Shown piece by piece: positions 20,438 through 32,048 of a stretch of 64,000 nucleotides of DNA. The notes under the pieces are model-generated. The model saw only the letters and a list, made by a program, of their open reading frames with translations. It made no database searches and had not been told where the DNA came from. The position numbers and the translations under genes were made by a program. The first letter of the stretch is position 1. The number at the start of each line of letters is the position of its first letter. The stretch is from IMG/VR virus record IMGVR_UViG_3300032241_002567, positions 1-64,000 of that record. One strand, written 5' to 3'. The stretch comes from a virus.

Positions 20438-21986
20438 TTATGATAGTCTGATTATTCTGTGATGTGTCTGACGAATCTGTAGATATAGATACACTGCCAT
20501 CTGGATTCTGTTTATTAACTACGACATTAGTTTGGTTAAAATCTGGCAATCTCTTATAAGCCCTAGCCATACTATTATTAAATTTTGCAAATAATTCATC
20601 TGCTCCAAGTGATCTAGTATTTTCCATAGTAAATTCAGCGGTTATACTTGAAGGCAAATCATTCCAAGAAAGAACCGGACCCATCGTTAGAGTTACTTCT
20701 TTTACATACATATCTCCAGAGCTAAATACTGGTCTTCTTGGATTTCCGACTGATATATGCCAATAGCCAGAAGGTGAGCCTGTTAAAGCATTTATAACAC
20801 CTACAATAGCTACTTTATATTTTCCAATAATTGCCCCTATTGACTTCAATAAATATTGAATTATACTAGGTGCTGGGCCACTTTTTGGGTCACTGGCTTT
20901 TTTTTGTGTAGAATTAAATATGTTAGTTACTTGATCCTTAATTTGGTTGGATAAATTGCTTAACACAGATGTAATTAAAGAAACTATATCTTGTAGTGCA
21001 CTATAAAACGCATTAACATTCCCACTTATAAGTCCAATTAATTTTGATTGAGCTTTTGTGGAAAAATTTTGATTAAACATAAATCTAGCGTTTGACGTTC
21101 CAAAACTTAATATATTAGAAACTATATCCATATAAACTAAGGTTGGATCGACTCCATCAATATATTTTTGTTCATATTCAACCTTCATATTTATATTAAT
21201 TGTTGCTTTTAAACCAGAACCTGCGCTTCCTTTATCTACAGTTGCTCTTCTCTTAGCCTCTTTAATTAAATTCGGGTCACCTATTGGTAATTCATAATCG
21301 CTATTATTTGGGTCCATTAAGCCTAATTTGTCCATAATATCTTTTTGCAATTTTTCAGTTAAACCTGGTAATGGTACGGCATTGAAACCTTGTGCAGCAA
21401 GACTACCTAAATTTCCCATTCCTGATTTATTATCAGAACTGAGTGACAAATCTTTACCCATATCATTTAAAATAGTTTCAAATGAACCAGCAGCATCTGT
21501 CCAGTTTTCACCAAAGGTTATTTTAATAAAATCGCCGTCTGGTGGGACCCAAGAGATTAATGTTGAAAGAGGTCTAGTAGTTGGTGATTGTGCATCTAAA
21601 GCTAATAAATCGTTTCCTACCGGAGTCATAAATCTTCTAGCTATCATTAATCTATTGTTTGGATATACACCTAAATTTTTTAAGTAAGCAAAATCAGCAT
21701 ATGAAAGTTGATAAGCAGAACCAGAACCTTTTTTTGTAGACCAATTAACTATAGTAGTCACCGATGTATCTTCAAATTGTGAAAAATCTGTTGAATTATT
21801 ACCAGATGGATTTCCGTTCGAATCAGGAGAACCTGGAAATGGCGAAAATTGTGTTTGTCCAAATAAAGATTTTAGAAAATTGCTATTACTAGATATGACG
21901 CTTCCGTAACCTTTAACTGTCTGCACATTATTTCCTGATGTTGTGTCAGATGTGAAATTCAAAGGTGAATTAGTTTGATTGGACAT
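20394..21986 (-). CDS. Putative virion structural protein (baseplate or tail-tube-initiator-like)
   Basis: S/G/N-rich, adjacent to the baseplate module, TAATATATA upstream; WHISVGNP..P...DLPS motif. Confidence 0.45.
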   Translation of the reverse strand: MSNQTNSPLNFTSDTTSGNNVQTVKGYGSVISSNSNFLKSLFGQTQFSPFPGSPDSNGNPSGNNSTDFSQFEDTSVTTIVNWSTKKGSGSAYQLSYADFAYLKNLGVYPNNRLMIARRFMTPVGNDLLALDAQSPTTRPLSTLISWVPPDGDFIKITFGENWTDAAGSFETILNDMGKDLSLSSDNKSGMGNLGSLAAQGFNAVPLPGLTEKLQKDIMDKLGLMDPNNSDYELPIGDPNLIKEAKRRATVDKGSAGSGLKATININMKVEYEQKYIDGVDPTLVYMDIVSNILSFGTSNARFMFNQNFSTKAQSKLIGLISGNVNAFYSALQDIVSLITSVLSNLSNQIKDQVTNIFNSTQKKASDPKSGPAPSIIQYLLKSIGAIIGKYKVAIVGVINALTGSPSGYWHISVGNPRRPVFSSGDMYVKEVTLTMGPVLSWNDLPSSITAEFTMENTRSLGADELFAKFNNSMARAYKRLPDFNQTNVVVNKQNPDGSVSISTDSSDTSQNNQTIITTPQGQSSVVSKQT

Positions 21987-22073
21987 TTAATATTTTATTT
22001 TTATATATTAAATGAATTATAATTCATAAGGAGAGAAACTTCATGTAATATATATTTAAAATTAAGCAAAAAC

Positions 22074-22466
22074 ATGAAATTTTTCTGTGTATATGTAAAA
22101 TCAAGGAAAAAACTTGATAAAATGATAAAAGTTAATCATATCAAAAATAAGTATATAATTGATCTTAAAAAAATACAAGAAGAAGAAGAAATTATAGGAG
22201 ATAAAGAAAAAACTTATCTAAAGATTATAATTTTTCAAAAAATACAACAAGCATTAGAAAAAAATAAAGATATTTATTATATACCTGATTTTGATATGGA
22301 TTTTTCCATTGATAAATTACTTAATATTAAGAAAATTTTAGGTGAGGGGAATGAATTTAATGTTTTAGTATTTTATAATGAATTTCGAAAGGAACAAAAA
22401 ATTTTAGATGATGTATATGCTAATTTAAGTAAATTCAATTCAAGTCAAATAATCCGCGATTATTAA
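22074..22466 (+). CDS. Hypothetical protein
   Basis: ORF. Confidence 0.6.
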   Translation: MKFFCVYVKSRKKLDKMIKVNHIKNKYIIDLKKIQEEEEIIGDKEKTYLKIIIFQKIQQALEKNKDIYYIPDFDMDFSIDKLLNIKKILGEGNEFNVLVFYNEFRKEQKILDDVYANLSKFNSSQIIRDY

Positions 22467-22584
22467 TTGGTATGCTTTGAAGAAATTGAAATTAAATAAT
22501 TATATCAATTTACAATTTTTGTGCAGTTATACTAATAGGTATATTAAAATGTATAAGTGTTAAAATAATTAATATATAATTATT

Positions 22585-23055
22585 ATGATGAGTTTTTATG
22601 ATTTAAATAATTTAAAACAAGACCCGGAACAAAATAATTTATATAATTTTTTTGCTTCTACTTTTAACTTTATACCAACATTTGTTTTAAGTCAGTATAC
22701 CGTTAATCCTTGGGAAGAAATGAGAATTGATTTGATTTCTAACAATTTATATTCAAATACAGATTACTGTGATTTTTTATTGGATTTAAATTGCATAGAT
22801 AATCCATTAAATATAATGTCTGGTGATATTTTATATTATGTTACTCAAGAGCAAATGGATTTTTTCCAAGTTGATGAGAGTAGCGCTGTGTCACTTCGTA
22901 ATCAATATCTTAATGCAACTAAACTTCAAAAATCCGATCAGAATAGGCAAAATTATGTTGGAAATAATCTAAGTTTACCACCAACATTTTTACAAGAACC
23001 AGCTGCAGCTGTTAATATAAAAGGAAGTCAAATAATTTTAGGAGGAAATAGTTAA
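22585..23055 (+). CDS. Baseplate wedge gp53-like / LysM-like protein
   Basis: YTV...EMRIDLISNNLY...LLDLNCIDNPLNI..GDIL. Confidence 0.65.
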   Translation: MMSFYDLNNLKQDPEQNNLYNFFASTFNFIPTFVLSQYTVNPWEEMRIDLISNNLYSNTDYCDFLLDLNCIDNPLNIMSGDILYYVTQEQMDFFQVDESSAVSLRNQYLNATKLQKSDQNRQNYVGNNLSLPPTFLQEPAAAVNIKGSQIILGGNS

Positions 23056-24266
23056 TGTCTAATAATAATACATCGGTTAATTATAATGGACAAATTTTTA
23101 AGAAATCATCAGATATAAATAATTTTTTTTCAGGATTATTTGGTGTAGGGTTTCCAGATTGGTTTAATTCACAAATTCAAAGTTTAAATCCATGGACATA
23201 TGATTATTTAAATAATAGAAAAGAATATTTTGTTGATAAAACAAATTGGAATATTTTTTGGAATAATATACCTTTATTATTCCAAAGAGACACTATTAAT
23301 TTGATTGAATTTCTATGTTTAAATTCAATTGTCATAAATGAAACAGGTGGTTCATTTATATCTAAGCTTGAAAGTGTTAACAAGTCAGGCAATCCAACTG
23401 CTCCAGGTATAGCTTATGAGTTTAATGGTAGTGGTGGCAAATCATCTTATAATACTTCTAAGCCTAATTTAACAGCTTATGCTTGTTTTAATGATCCAAA
23501 CTTTATTAAGGTTAATGGTACAAAAGGATTAGCAAATATTTTAAAAAATACAACAGATTCTCGTTGGCAGAGTGAATCTTTTCCTTTAGGATTTTCAGGA
23601 TTAAGTCATGCCGACGAAACTTCTGAAACTGGTAAAGCAAATGGCTTCTTAATAGAAGCAGATTTTTTTAAATTTAGAGGGCGTGGTTATATTCAGATAA
23701 CTAATAGATCTAATTATAAAAATCTTTTAAATTATGTGCTTTCTTATTCTGGAAATGATAATTCTGTGTTATCTATACAATCAACTTGGAAAAAATTTGG
23801 AAAAAATTTAGATACAATTTTAACATGCTCCACTAACAAAGATTGGGATGCTTTATTTCTAAATAAAAATTATAGTTTAGCATTATGGGCAGTCGGTAAT
23901 TACTTAGTAAACCACTATAGAAAACCTTTACCTATTAGTGCTGATTCTTCACCGAACGGATTGCAAGCTAGTATATTAAATTTTGGAGCAAGTATAAGTG
24001 GCGGAAATACTACAGATGCATATCCGAAATTATTTTACCAAAGAGTTATTTCTCAACTAAATTTAATAAATAATGCTCCGACTGTGGCTACACCTTTGCC
24101 GATGGCTGCTTCGATGCCAGTAATTAGCCAAACATCTAGTAGAGCAGTAGAAACAAACAGTCAAAATGCAACAAGTCAAACAACCACAACAGGTCAATTA
24201 TCAAGCATAACTAATATATTTGGCGCGACTATTAAACCTGACCCAATAATAATAGATATAACATAA
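23055..24266 (+). CDS. GH19/lysozyme-fold peptidoglycan hydrolase-like protein
   Basis: INETGG and FRGRGYIQITNRSNY. Confidence 0.65.
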   Translation: MSNNNTSVNYNGQIFKKSSDINNFFSGLFGVGFPDWFNSQIQSLNPWTYDYLNNRKEYFVDKTNWNIFWNNIPLLFQRDTINLIEFLCLNSIVINETGGSFISKLESVNKSGNPTAPGIAYEFNGSGGKSSYNTSKPNLTAYACFNDPNFIKVNGTKGLANILKNTTDSRWQSESFPLGFSGLSHADETSETGKANGFLIEADFFKFRGRGYIQITNRSNYKNLLNYVLSYSGNDNSVLSIQSTWKKFGKNLDTILTCSTNKDWDALFLNKNYSLALWAVGNYLVNHYRKPLPISADSSPNGLQASILNFGASISGGNTTDAYPKLFYQRVISQLNLINNAPTVATPLPMAASMPVISQTSSRAVETNSQNATSQTTTTGQLSSITNIFGATIKPDPIIIDIT

Positions 24267-24280
24267 AAACTATGTAATTT

Positions 24281-26413
24281 ATGCCAATACCAGCAGCCGT
24301 AAATCAACAAACTTCAAATAATCAACCAACAGCTTACCAGAAAGAATTTAGTTCTAATCTAGGTAATATTCCATATGTTTATTATAATGGTTTGCAAATT
24401 GATTTGGAAAATATTGAAAATTTCAAATTATATTATAGTAGAGGTGTGCCATATTTAAGAATTACATTTTATGATGGGCTCAATTTAATGCGTGATAAAA
24501 ATATGCCATTAGATAATTCTAAAATAAAAATATTTATAAATCCAAAATCTAATCAATTAAAAGAAATTTTGCTACAATTTAAAATTATAAACTTCAGTAG
24601 CACAGGTTCGACATTTACTCTAACTGGAATAATTGATGTTGATTTATTACATGTCATACAATATAAATCCTATTCAAATCTTACATCATATAAGGCATTG
24701 CAACAAGTTTGTAAAGAATGTGGTTTAGGGTTTAATACTAATATAGATGACACAAATGATCAGATGACTTGGATAAATACTGGAAGTTATGTTCATGATT
24801 TTATTGATGAGATTGTTGATAATTCATATAAATCGGATACATCTTTTTTAGCATATTTTATAGATTATTATTATAATTTTAATTTTGTAGATATAGCTAA
24901 AGAATTGGAAAGAAATATAGATGAACAGTTAGGTATAACAGATAAATCTTTAACTGATGCTTTTAATGAAATGGATAAAGATGATTTAACCAGTTTATTT
25001 CTTAGTAATGACTCTTCTATGGAAGATACAAATCAATATTTTGAAAGTTATAGAATAATAAATAATTCAACACAAGTTTCTTTAACTTCTGGTTATAAAA
25101 ACATAATAAAATATTATGATGAATTACAAAAAGATTTTCTAATTTTTAATATTGATTCTTTAACTTCTCAGACTGGCAATAATATAATCTTGAAAAGCGC
25201 CCCTCAGGATAATAATTTTTATAATTTGAATATAAATACTTACTATTTAGGTAAATTTGATTCAGATAATGTTCATAAAAATTTTAATTTTGCTTTTGCA
25301 CAAAATGATAAAAATCTTTTTGATTTGCAAAAGATAGTTTTAGAAATTAACATGAAAAATCCAAATTATGCTATTTATAAGTATCAAAAAATAAAATTAT
25401 TTATTTCAAATTTAACACCAACACCTACCGCCAATTTATTCAATAATCGTCTTTCTGGTGATTGGTTAATTACCGATATAGAATTTATCTTTGAAAATAG
25501 AAAATATTATCAAAAAATAAAATTAATTAAGAGAGAATTAGATTTATCACAAGATGAATTAGATCAAGAACCAGAAATCACAAAACAAAAAGAAACAGGT
25601 GACAATACAACAAATCCAGAATTTACTATAAATAATAATCCATTAGTACCACCATCAGCAAATGGTGGAAGCACTAATGCAATACAATCTAATCCGATTG
25701 ATTCTATATTAACCAAAGATATTTGGAGGCAAATTTATCAAGGTCGTGTTAAGCCTCAAATTATTGAAACTATGTATAATCCAGTTGTTGGGGCTATGCA
25801 ACAATATCAAATAAATACTCCAAGTAGAATAGCTGCATTTTTATCTCAAATTAATATAGAAACTGGATTTTTAAAATATGTTACCGAATTGGGAAGTGGA
25901 ACAGAATATGATAATAATCAAAATTTAGGAAATGGTCCAACAGATGGACCCACTTACAAAGGTAGAGGATTAATACAATTAACTGGTAAAAAAAATTATA
26001 AAAAAGCTGGCAATTATTTGAATCAAGACTTTATTGATGATCCAACAACAGTTTCCGCGGACAATAAAACACATATTAATGACGCTGATACAACACAACA
26101 ATTAAACAATTCTGCTCTTGTTAGTATTATTTATTGGTTAAAAATGTCTTCTTGGGGTGATTTGAATAGTTATGCAGATTCATTAAATATAAAAGCATCT
26201 TTAAATACTAATGGTACAATACCTCCAAATTCTCAATTTGATGCTTCTTCTTCTGGATATAAAAGGAAGAAAAATAATAATTTTGCAACAGATGTGAATG
26301 GAGATAGTAATTTATTAAATTTTACTTTAATATGTTTTGGAGTAAATGGTGGATATAATGGATATAATGATAGAATAAATGAATATAACAGAGTAAGGCA
26401 ATTTTTTGATTAG
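24281..26413 (+). CDS. Baseplate hub (gp27-like) fused to a C-terminal GH19 domain
   Basis: Hub-like N-terminus ending LSGDWLITDI; RIAAFLSQINIETG, YKGRGLIQLTGKKNY, VNGGYNG..DR. Confidence 0.7.
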   Translation: MPIPAAVNQQTSNNQPTAYQKEFSSNLGNIPYVYYNGLQIDLENIENFKLYYSRGVPYLRITFYDGLNLMRDKNMPLDNSKIKIFINPKSNQLKEILLQFKIINFSSTGSTFTLTGIIDVDLLHVIQYKSYSNLTSYKALQQVCKECGLGFNTNIDDTNDQMTWINTGSYVHDFIDEIVDNSYKSDTSFLAYFIDYYYNFNFVDIAKELERNIDEQLGITDKSLTDAFNEMDKDDLTSLFLSNDSSMEDTNQYFESYRIINNSTQVSLTSGYKNIIKYYDELQKDFLIFNIDSLTSQTGNNIILKSAPQDNNFYNLNINTYYLGKFDSDNVHKNFNFAFAQNDKNLFDLQKIVLEINMKNPNYAIYKYQKIKLFISNLTPTPTANLFNNRLSGDWLITDIEFIFENRKYYQKIKLIKRELDLSQDELDQEPEITKQKETGDNTTNPEFTINNNPLVPPSANGGSTNAIQSNPIDSILTKDIWRQIYQGRVKPQIIETMYNPVVGAMQQYQINTPSRIAAFLSQINIETGFLKYVTELGSGTEYDNNQNLGNGPTDGPTYKGRGLIQLTGKKNYKKAGNYLNQDFIDDPTTVSADNKTHINDADTTQQLNNSALVSIIYWLKMSSWGDLNSYADSLNIKASLNTNGTIPPNSQFDASSSGYKRKKNNNFATDVNGDSNLLNFTLICFGVNGGYNGYNDRINEYNRVRQFFD

Positions 26414-26439
26414 ACTTGTTATTTATTAATATATAATAT

Positions 26440-28215
26440 ATGGGTTCTCTAATCGGGTCATTAAATAATCTTGGAACTTCTTTAAGTACAAGCACTGGGC
26501 AGCCAGCAGATGTTAATTTGTCTGGCAACTCTTTTTTAGGTGGTAAAAAATTAGATTTAGGTAATAGTCTATTTGCAAATTTGCAAGGCTATAACGGCGA
26601 AACGGTTGAGGGTGGTGCACTATCAATAGTGCAAGCTATACAAAATGATTATTCTTTAAGGAATAATCTAGATGAATGGTTATTTAGACATTATTTAGAA
26701 GATCTCGGAATTTCTTATCCTGAGGGATATAATAATACTACTACAAATACACCAGAAGATAATGAAGACCCTGTTTCTTTTGGATATGATATTATAATAA
26801 ATTTTGCAAATTCTCCATTATTTAATGGTGCAATAGAAGATTTTTGTGATAAATTTAGTAATGTTACAGAAATTAATTCAAGACTTGGAATTATTAAAGA
26901 ATTTAAAAAACAATTTTTTAAATTCTTTAAAATTGATTCACCAAAACTTACATCAAATGATGCTACTTTGGATACTTATACTATTAATAATAGAAATCCT
27001 CAGAAAGCAAGAAGTTATTATATAAAAAAGATTGCTGGTCTTGATAAAATATCAGAGTCTATAAATTCGGATTCACCTTTGCAATTTGTTGAATATAAAA
27101 AAGATTATTTAACTTTAACTTTATATGAAGATGTTAGAATCAATATGGGATATTTAGCATCACTTTATAGAATGTTAAGTTGGTCAAGATTGAATGGGAA
27201 AAATATGTTCCCTGAAAATTTATTGAGGTTTGATATGACAATAGTTGTTACTGAGGCAAGAAAATTTAATCGTGTTAATAATGGAATTGAATTTGCTGAT
27301 GTGATTTCTAGATATGTTTATAATATATATGAGTGTCAAATGTTTTTTGAAAAATTATCACATGACGATACTATTGATATGACAGCACTTGAATTATCAA
27401 GTGGGTTTGATATGAGGATAAATTATAAATACGCAACATTAGAATTTGACTGGTTGAATTTATACGATTTTACTAATAATTATATTTCAAGTATTTATAA
27501 TTCAGGATTAAATATTTTAAATAATGCTCTTGCAGATTTTACAACAATTCCTTCAAATGTTACAAATATTTTTTTAGTATCTGGCTCAGCTTCAATTCAA
27601 ACATCGGTAAATCAAGATGTTTTAAATCAAATTCCCACAAATGGAAGTAGTGATACCATTGTTTATGGTTATTATCATTCTGATTCAGGATGGCGTAATA
27701 CTTCAATGGGGTCAGCTGATTCGACAGTGTGGCAAGATGATAAAGATACTATTCGGTATGAACTTTTGAAAAAGACATTATCTAATATAAAACAATCTCT
27801 TAATCAAAATACTGGATCTTTAATTTCTGGATTTACAAACGATGGTTGGAGCTATAATATCACAGAATCGACGCAGAATAATAATTTATTGGGTTCGTTA
27901 TTAAATCAAGTTATAAGTTCTTTTGTTAGTAATTTAAATTCTGGTTTCACAGATGACGGTTGGACTTATAATATTGCTGCTTACTATGTAAATAGAACAT
28001 TTAATTCAATAAATAATACTATATCAAGTGCTCTAGGTTTAGGCTTAACAAGTTTAAATACTACACAACATGGATCAAATATTTCCGCTGAAACTTTTGA
28101 TGGATTACAAATCGATTCCAAAGATTGGTTATCAACACATCCAGATATTTTTAATTCAAAAATTGCTCCTCAACTTACTTTAGGAAAAGATGGTTGGAAA
28201 ATAAATAGTATATGA
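26440..28215 (+). CDS. Putative virion structural protein
   Basis: Within the baseplate module; TAATATATA upstream. Confidence 0.5.
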   Translation: MGSLIGSLNNLGTSLSTSTGQPADVNLSGNSFLGGKKLDLGNSLFANLQGYNGETVEGGALSIVQAIQNDYSLRNNLDEWLFRHYLEDLGISYPEGYNNTTTNTPEDNEDPVSFGYDIIINFANSPLFNGAIEDFCDKFSNVTEINSRLGIIKEFKKQFFKFFKIDSPKLTSNDATLDTYTINNRNPQKARSYYIKKIAGLDKISESINSDSPLQFVEYKKDYLTLTLYEDVRINMGYLASLYRMLSWSRLNGKNMFPENLLRFDMTIVVTEARKFNRVNNGIEFADVISRYVYNIYECQMFFEKLSHDDTIDMTALELSSGFDMRINYKYATLEFDWLNLYDFTNNYISSIYNSGLNILNNALADFTTIPSNVTNIFLVSGSASIQTSVNQDVLNQIPTNGSSDTIVYGYYHSDSGWRNTSMGSADSTVWQDDKDTIRYELLKKTLSNIKQSLNQNTGSLISGFTNDGWSYNITESTQNNNLLGSLLNQVISSFVSNLNSGFTDDGWTYNIAAYYVNRTFNSINNTISSALGLGLTSLNTTQHGSNISAETFDGLQIDSKDWLSTHPDIFNSKIAPQLTLGKDGWKINSI

Positions 28216-29681
28216 TTGAAAGAATTAGTAATAAATTATATGTAGGTGTTGTGGAAGACAATTCTGATCCAAAACATCTTGGTAGAGTAAGGGTAAGAGT
28301 ACAAACTATTTTTGACAATATACCTACTTCTGACATACCATGGGCTATGCCTTATAAAGATGTAAATGGTAATGTATTTAACATGCCAGAAGTTGGTAAA
28401 GTTGTCGGTGTTATATTCAATAGCGGAACTATTTATAAACCAGAGTATATTTATGCAGAACATTATAATATAAATCTTGAAAATAAGCTATCTTCCTTAT
28501 CCGATGATGATTATATAAGTTTTAAAGCAGTTTTATTTGATCAATCAACTCAAATATGGAGAACTAAAACTGATGGTTTGAAAATTGATCATGAATATTC
28601 AAATATTAATTTAGATTCAAATGGTAATATAAACCTTAATGCAAGAGATAATAATTCAAAGGTTAATATTGGCTCATCAGATGCATCGGAAGCAGCTATT
28701 TTAGGTACTACGTTTTTAGAATGGTTTGATCAAGTAGTACAATTACTGCTTACTAATGCCGCTTTATTATCGGGTGGTTCTCCGGTAACATGCTCACCCG
28801 ATTTAACTAATTTATTAACAGAATATCAAAATTCAAAAGAATTAAAATATTTATCAAATAATGTTTGGATAAATGAAAATGGGGAGATACTTGAGCAAAC
28901 AAGAGATTATATAAATCAAACTGGTGATAACTGGCAATCGACAACAGAAACTAATATCTTGTCTTCTGTTCAGCCTACACCATATACTCCGCAATCAAGA
29001 CCAGAAACTGGAAGACCAATACAAACCGATAATAGTGTGCCTAATGATACTTTTACGCAAACTATCACCTCTGAAGCAAATGGTGGCTCAACTATAACAG
29101 CAGTTTCTAATTATTCTAATGGTCAAATACCTTCGAATGTTATGAAACAAAATAAAAATCTTGCTAAAAATCTTACAGGTGATGCTGCTTATCTTATGTC
29201 AGAAGCTTCAGATTCGCTTGATTTAATGATTGCTGCTTTTAATTTTGCTTCGTTTTCTGGGAAACAAAAAATCACATTTACTGATGGTTACAGAAGTTTG
29301 GCAAGGCAACAAGCACTTTTTGATAAATATGGTTCTACAAGAGCGGCAAAACCAGGAACTTCGAATCATGGATGGGGCATAGCAATTGATATGTATTGGG
29401 GTGTAAGAACCTCTATGTATAAAGACTCAAATAAGAGAACCTCTGGATATAAGCATCCAAATTATATTTGGTTTTTAAATAATGGTTGGAAATGGGGTTG
29501 GATAAATCCGGCAAAATTAAGAGATAATTCTGGCACTGACGAATGGTGGCACTGGGAATATCATCCAGAACAAAAAGGAGTAAATCCATTAATAAAAGAC
29601 CCAGTTGCTCAATCTTATTTGGGCAATTTTACAGCAGATGATATTGCAATTATAAAGGCATCAGGGGGCACATTTACTTAA
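28212..29681 (+). CDS. Baseplate spike gp5/VgrG-like OB-fold protein with C-terminal M15 (VanY-like) peptidase
   Basis: GVVEDNSDPKHLGRVRVRV...PWAMP...PEVG; GYRS..RQ, PGTSNHGWGIAID, EWWHWEY. Confidence 0.85.
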   Translation: MIERISNKLYVGVVEDNSDPKHLGRVRVRVQTIFDNIPTSDIPWAMPYKDVNGNVFNMPEVGKVVGVIFNSGTIYKPEYIYAEHYNINLENKLSSLSDDDYISFKAVLFDQSTQIWRTKTDGLKIDHEYSNINLDSNGNINLNARDNNSKVNIGSSDASEAAILGTTFLEWFDQVVQLLLTNAALLSGGSPVTCSPDLTNLLTEYQNSKELKYLSNNVWINENGEILEQTRDYINQTGDNWQSTTETNILSSVQPTPYTPQSRPETGRPIQTDNSVPNDTFTQTITSEANGGSTITAVSNYSNGQIPSNVMKQNKNLAKNLTGDAAYLMSEASDSLDLMIAAFNFASFSGKQKITFTDGYRSLARQQALFDKYGSTRAAKPGTSNHGWGIAIDMYWGVRTSMYKDSNKRTSGYKHPNYIWFLNNGWKWGWINPAKLRDNSGTDEWWHWEYHPEQKGVNPLIKDPVAQSYLGNFTADDIAIIKASGGTFT

Positions 29682-29705
29682 GATATATAAATAAAAATTA
29701 ATAAG

Positions 29706-31034
29706 ATGGCGTCAACACAACAATCAATCGATAATCAAATACACGGGGTTATGCAGACTCTTGAAAATGATATTTTACTGGGTAAAATATTTGACGGATT
29801 AGGATTGTTATTATTAATTGATGCTAATATATTAAGCCCAAGACAAATTGCCAAAAAAATTACTTCTTATAGTATAAATCCTTCTACAGGTGTTGGATAT
29901 ACAGATCAAGAATTAAATTTGATTTATTATGGACAAGATTTAACACAAGTTTATCCAGAATATCAAATACCTTTTCAAGATGAGCAAGAATATATGGTTA
30001 ATTTTGATGGAAATCCAGTTGATATAAGAGATCAAGTTAAAGATAAAATACATGAAATAATAAGAGAAACTAGAAAGGAATTGATGAATTTTGAAATTCA
30101 ACTAAAACATCTTATTAGTAATATACCAAGAGCTATAACACAAGCTGTTACTTCTATCTTAAGTGTGACAACTCCACAAGTTACACTACCACCTTTACCT
30201 ATGATTGTAAGTAATCCTGCTGCTACTGCACAGGTTGCTGGAAATCTTCATAATACAGCTTTGGTAATTAGGAAAATAGTTTTAGAGGCAATTTTAGCAA
30301 TAAAAATATTTTCAACTTTACCAAAATTAACAGTTGGAGAATCTTTTAATGCAAATATTTTAATTCCGCAAGTTTTACCTAATACATCTTTAAATCGTGC
30401 TAAACCAATTAAAGTTCCAATTAATTTTTCAGTTCCACAAATTCCTAAAATTAAATTTTTATTATCAGACACAATTTTAAATTTATTTTATGATGTTTTG
30501 TCAATAATTTTGTCGATTTTACAATTTGCTGCTGATATCGTGGTTGCTTTAGACACTTTGGCTGTTGCTTTAGAAACTGCCACAGCAGCATTGAATGGTT
30601 CGTTGTCTACACTTTTAGCTGAGCAAGCTTCGCTTTATGCCATGCAAAATGGCATAAGTCAAGTGATTGGTAATCTAAAATCTACTTTACCTGCGGGTGT
30701 TAAACTTTCGTCACCTAAAAATATACCATCACCAAATCCTGTAAATTACTCAGATTCATCATCTGGTCAACCTGGTAATCAATCTGGTAATTCAGGATCA
30801 CAATCAGAAACGGGAGCTGCATTATTAACTAATACTTCAAATGAAGCAACTAATACAATTAATCAAGCATCAAGTGTCACTGCTAGTTTGCCTCAAACGA
30901 TTCTATCTGCTTATACATATGATAAAAGCGGTAATCCGCAATTATATGCTACGTTCTCCAATTTTATCTTTACTGGACAACTTGGAATTCAATTAGGTAG
31001 TGATAAATCAAATCTTGTTATTAGTGCAAGGTGA
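29706..31034 (+). CDS. Hypothetical protein, probably structural
   Basis: ORF following the gp5-like gene. Confidence 0.5.
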   Translation: MASTQQSIDNQIHGVMQTLENDILLGKIFDGLGLLLLIDANILSPRQIAKKITSYSINPSTGVGYTDQELNLIYYGQDLTQVYPEYQIPFQDEQEYMVNFDGNPVDIRDQVKDKIHEIIRETRKELMNFEIQLKHLISNIPRAITQAVTSILSVTTPQVTLPPLPMIVSNPAATAQVAGNLHNTALVIRKIVLEAILAIKIFSTLPKLTVGESFNANILIPQVLPNTSLNRAKPIKVPINFSVPQIPKIKFLLSDTILNLFYDVLSIILSILQFAADIVVALDTLAVALETATAALNGSLSTLLAEQASLYAMQNGISQVIGNLKSTLPAGVKLSSPKNIPSPNPVNYSDSSSGQPGNQSGNSGSQSETGAALLTNTSNEATNTINQASSVTASLPQTILSAYTYDKSGNPQLYATFSNFIFTGQLGIQLGSDKSNLVISAR

Positions 31035-31049
31035 TTAGTCAAAAGATGA

Positions 31050-32048
31050 TTAGAGATTAATTTTAATTAATTTATATGGATATTTTCTTTTTATATAAAA
31101 CTTTTCTCTTTCTAAAAATTGTTTATAAAAGATATTTTTTGGATCTTTTTCAAATATATCCACCAAATCAAAAACATTAGCGGTATTTTTCCCACTAAAT
31201 AATCTTAAAATACGACCTATTGATTGTATTATTATTTGCTCTGATTTAAATGAATCAGCAAAAATCACATTAAAAAGATTTTTAATTGATACACCAGTAG
31301 AAAGAGTTCCAAATGATGCAACAAGTATTCTTATTTTACCATCATTTAATTCCATTTGTTTTTTTATTTCTTCTCTTTTTTTGCCATTAATTTCTCCATC
31401 AATATAAAAAAATTCTTTATCTGATAATTCTTTTTGTAATTTTTCAAATATTTTCTGTCCATATTCAATGGTATGAAAAAGAATTAAAGTATTATTATTA
31501 CATTTTTCAACAATCTTTTTAATAAAATCTAATCTTTTATCAGAAACATGTATATATTCTTTCTCAATTAAATAAGCCGCTTGTCCAGCACCTTGTTTTT
31601 TAACATAGTTAATCTTATCATTAAACTCTTTATCATTATGGTTTAACATAAGCACTTTAATATCCATTGGTGTTATGATTCCTTTTTCAATTAAAGTTTT
31701 TGCTTCTACATTAGAAATAATTGGACCTAAAACAGATTGTATATAAAGTATTTCCATAGTTTCTTCTGTTGGAAAAGTTCCGGATACACCGAATCTATTA
31801 TAAGCATGTCCAAATGTTTTGGATAATATTGATTTGAGACTTTTTGATTTTGCTGTGTGACATTCATCTACGGATACCGTGTGAAATTGTTCGAAAAAAT
31901 CTTTTGGATAATTTACTAATGATTGATAAGTTCCAATACATATATTAGGATTTTCAGAATTAGAATGTTTTCTAGGTCTATCAGACATTATTTCTTCTAT
32001 TCTTATCGGCTCTTCTTTTTTAATTTTGCTAATTCTTTTAATTTTCAT
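31050..32048 (-). CDS. uvsW: UvsW-like SF2 helicase, C-terminal part
   Basis: IGTYQSL, VDECH, GVSGT, STGVSIKNL, QSIGRILR. Confidence 0.88.
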   Translation of the reverse strand: MKIKRISKIKKEEPIRIEEIMSDRPRKHSNSENPNICIGTYQSLVNYPKDFFEQFHTVSVDECHTAKSKSLKSILSKTFGHAYNRFGVSGTFPTEETMEILYIQSVLGPIISNVEAKTLIEKGIITPMDIKVLMLNHNDKEFNDKINYVKKQGAGQAAYLIEKEYIHVSDKRLDFIKKIVEKCNNNTLILFHTIEYGQKIFEKLQKELSDKEFFYIDGEINGKKREEIKKQMELNDGKIRILVASFGTLSTGVSIKNLFNVIFADSFKSEQIIIQSIGRILRLFSGKNTANVFDLVDIFEKDPKNIFYKQFLEREKFYIKRKYPYKLIKINL

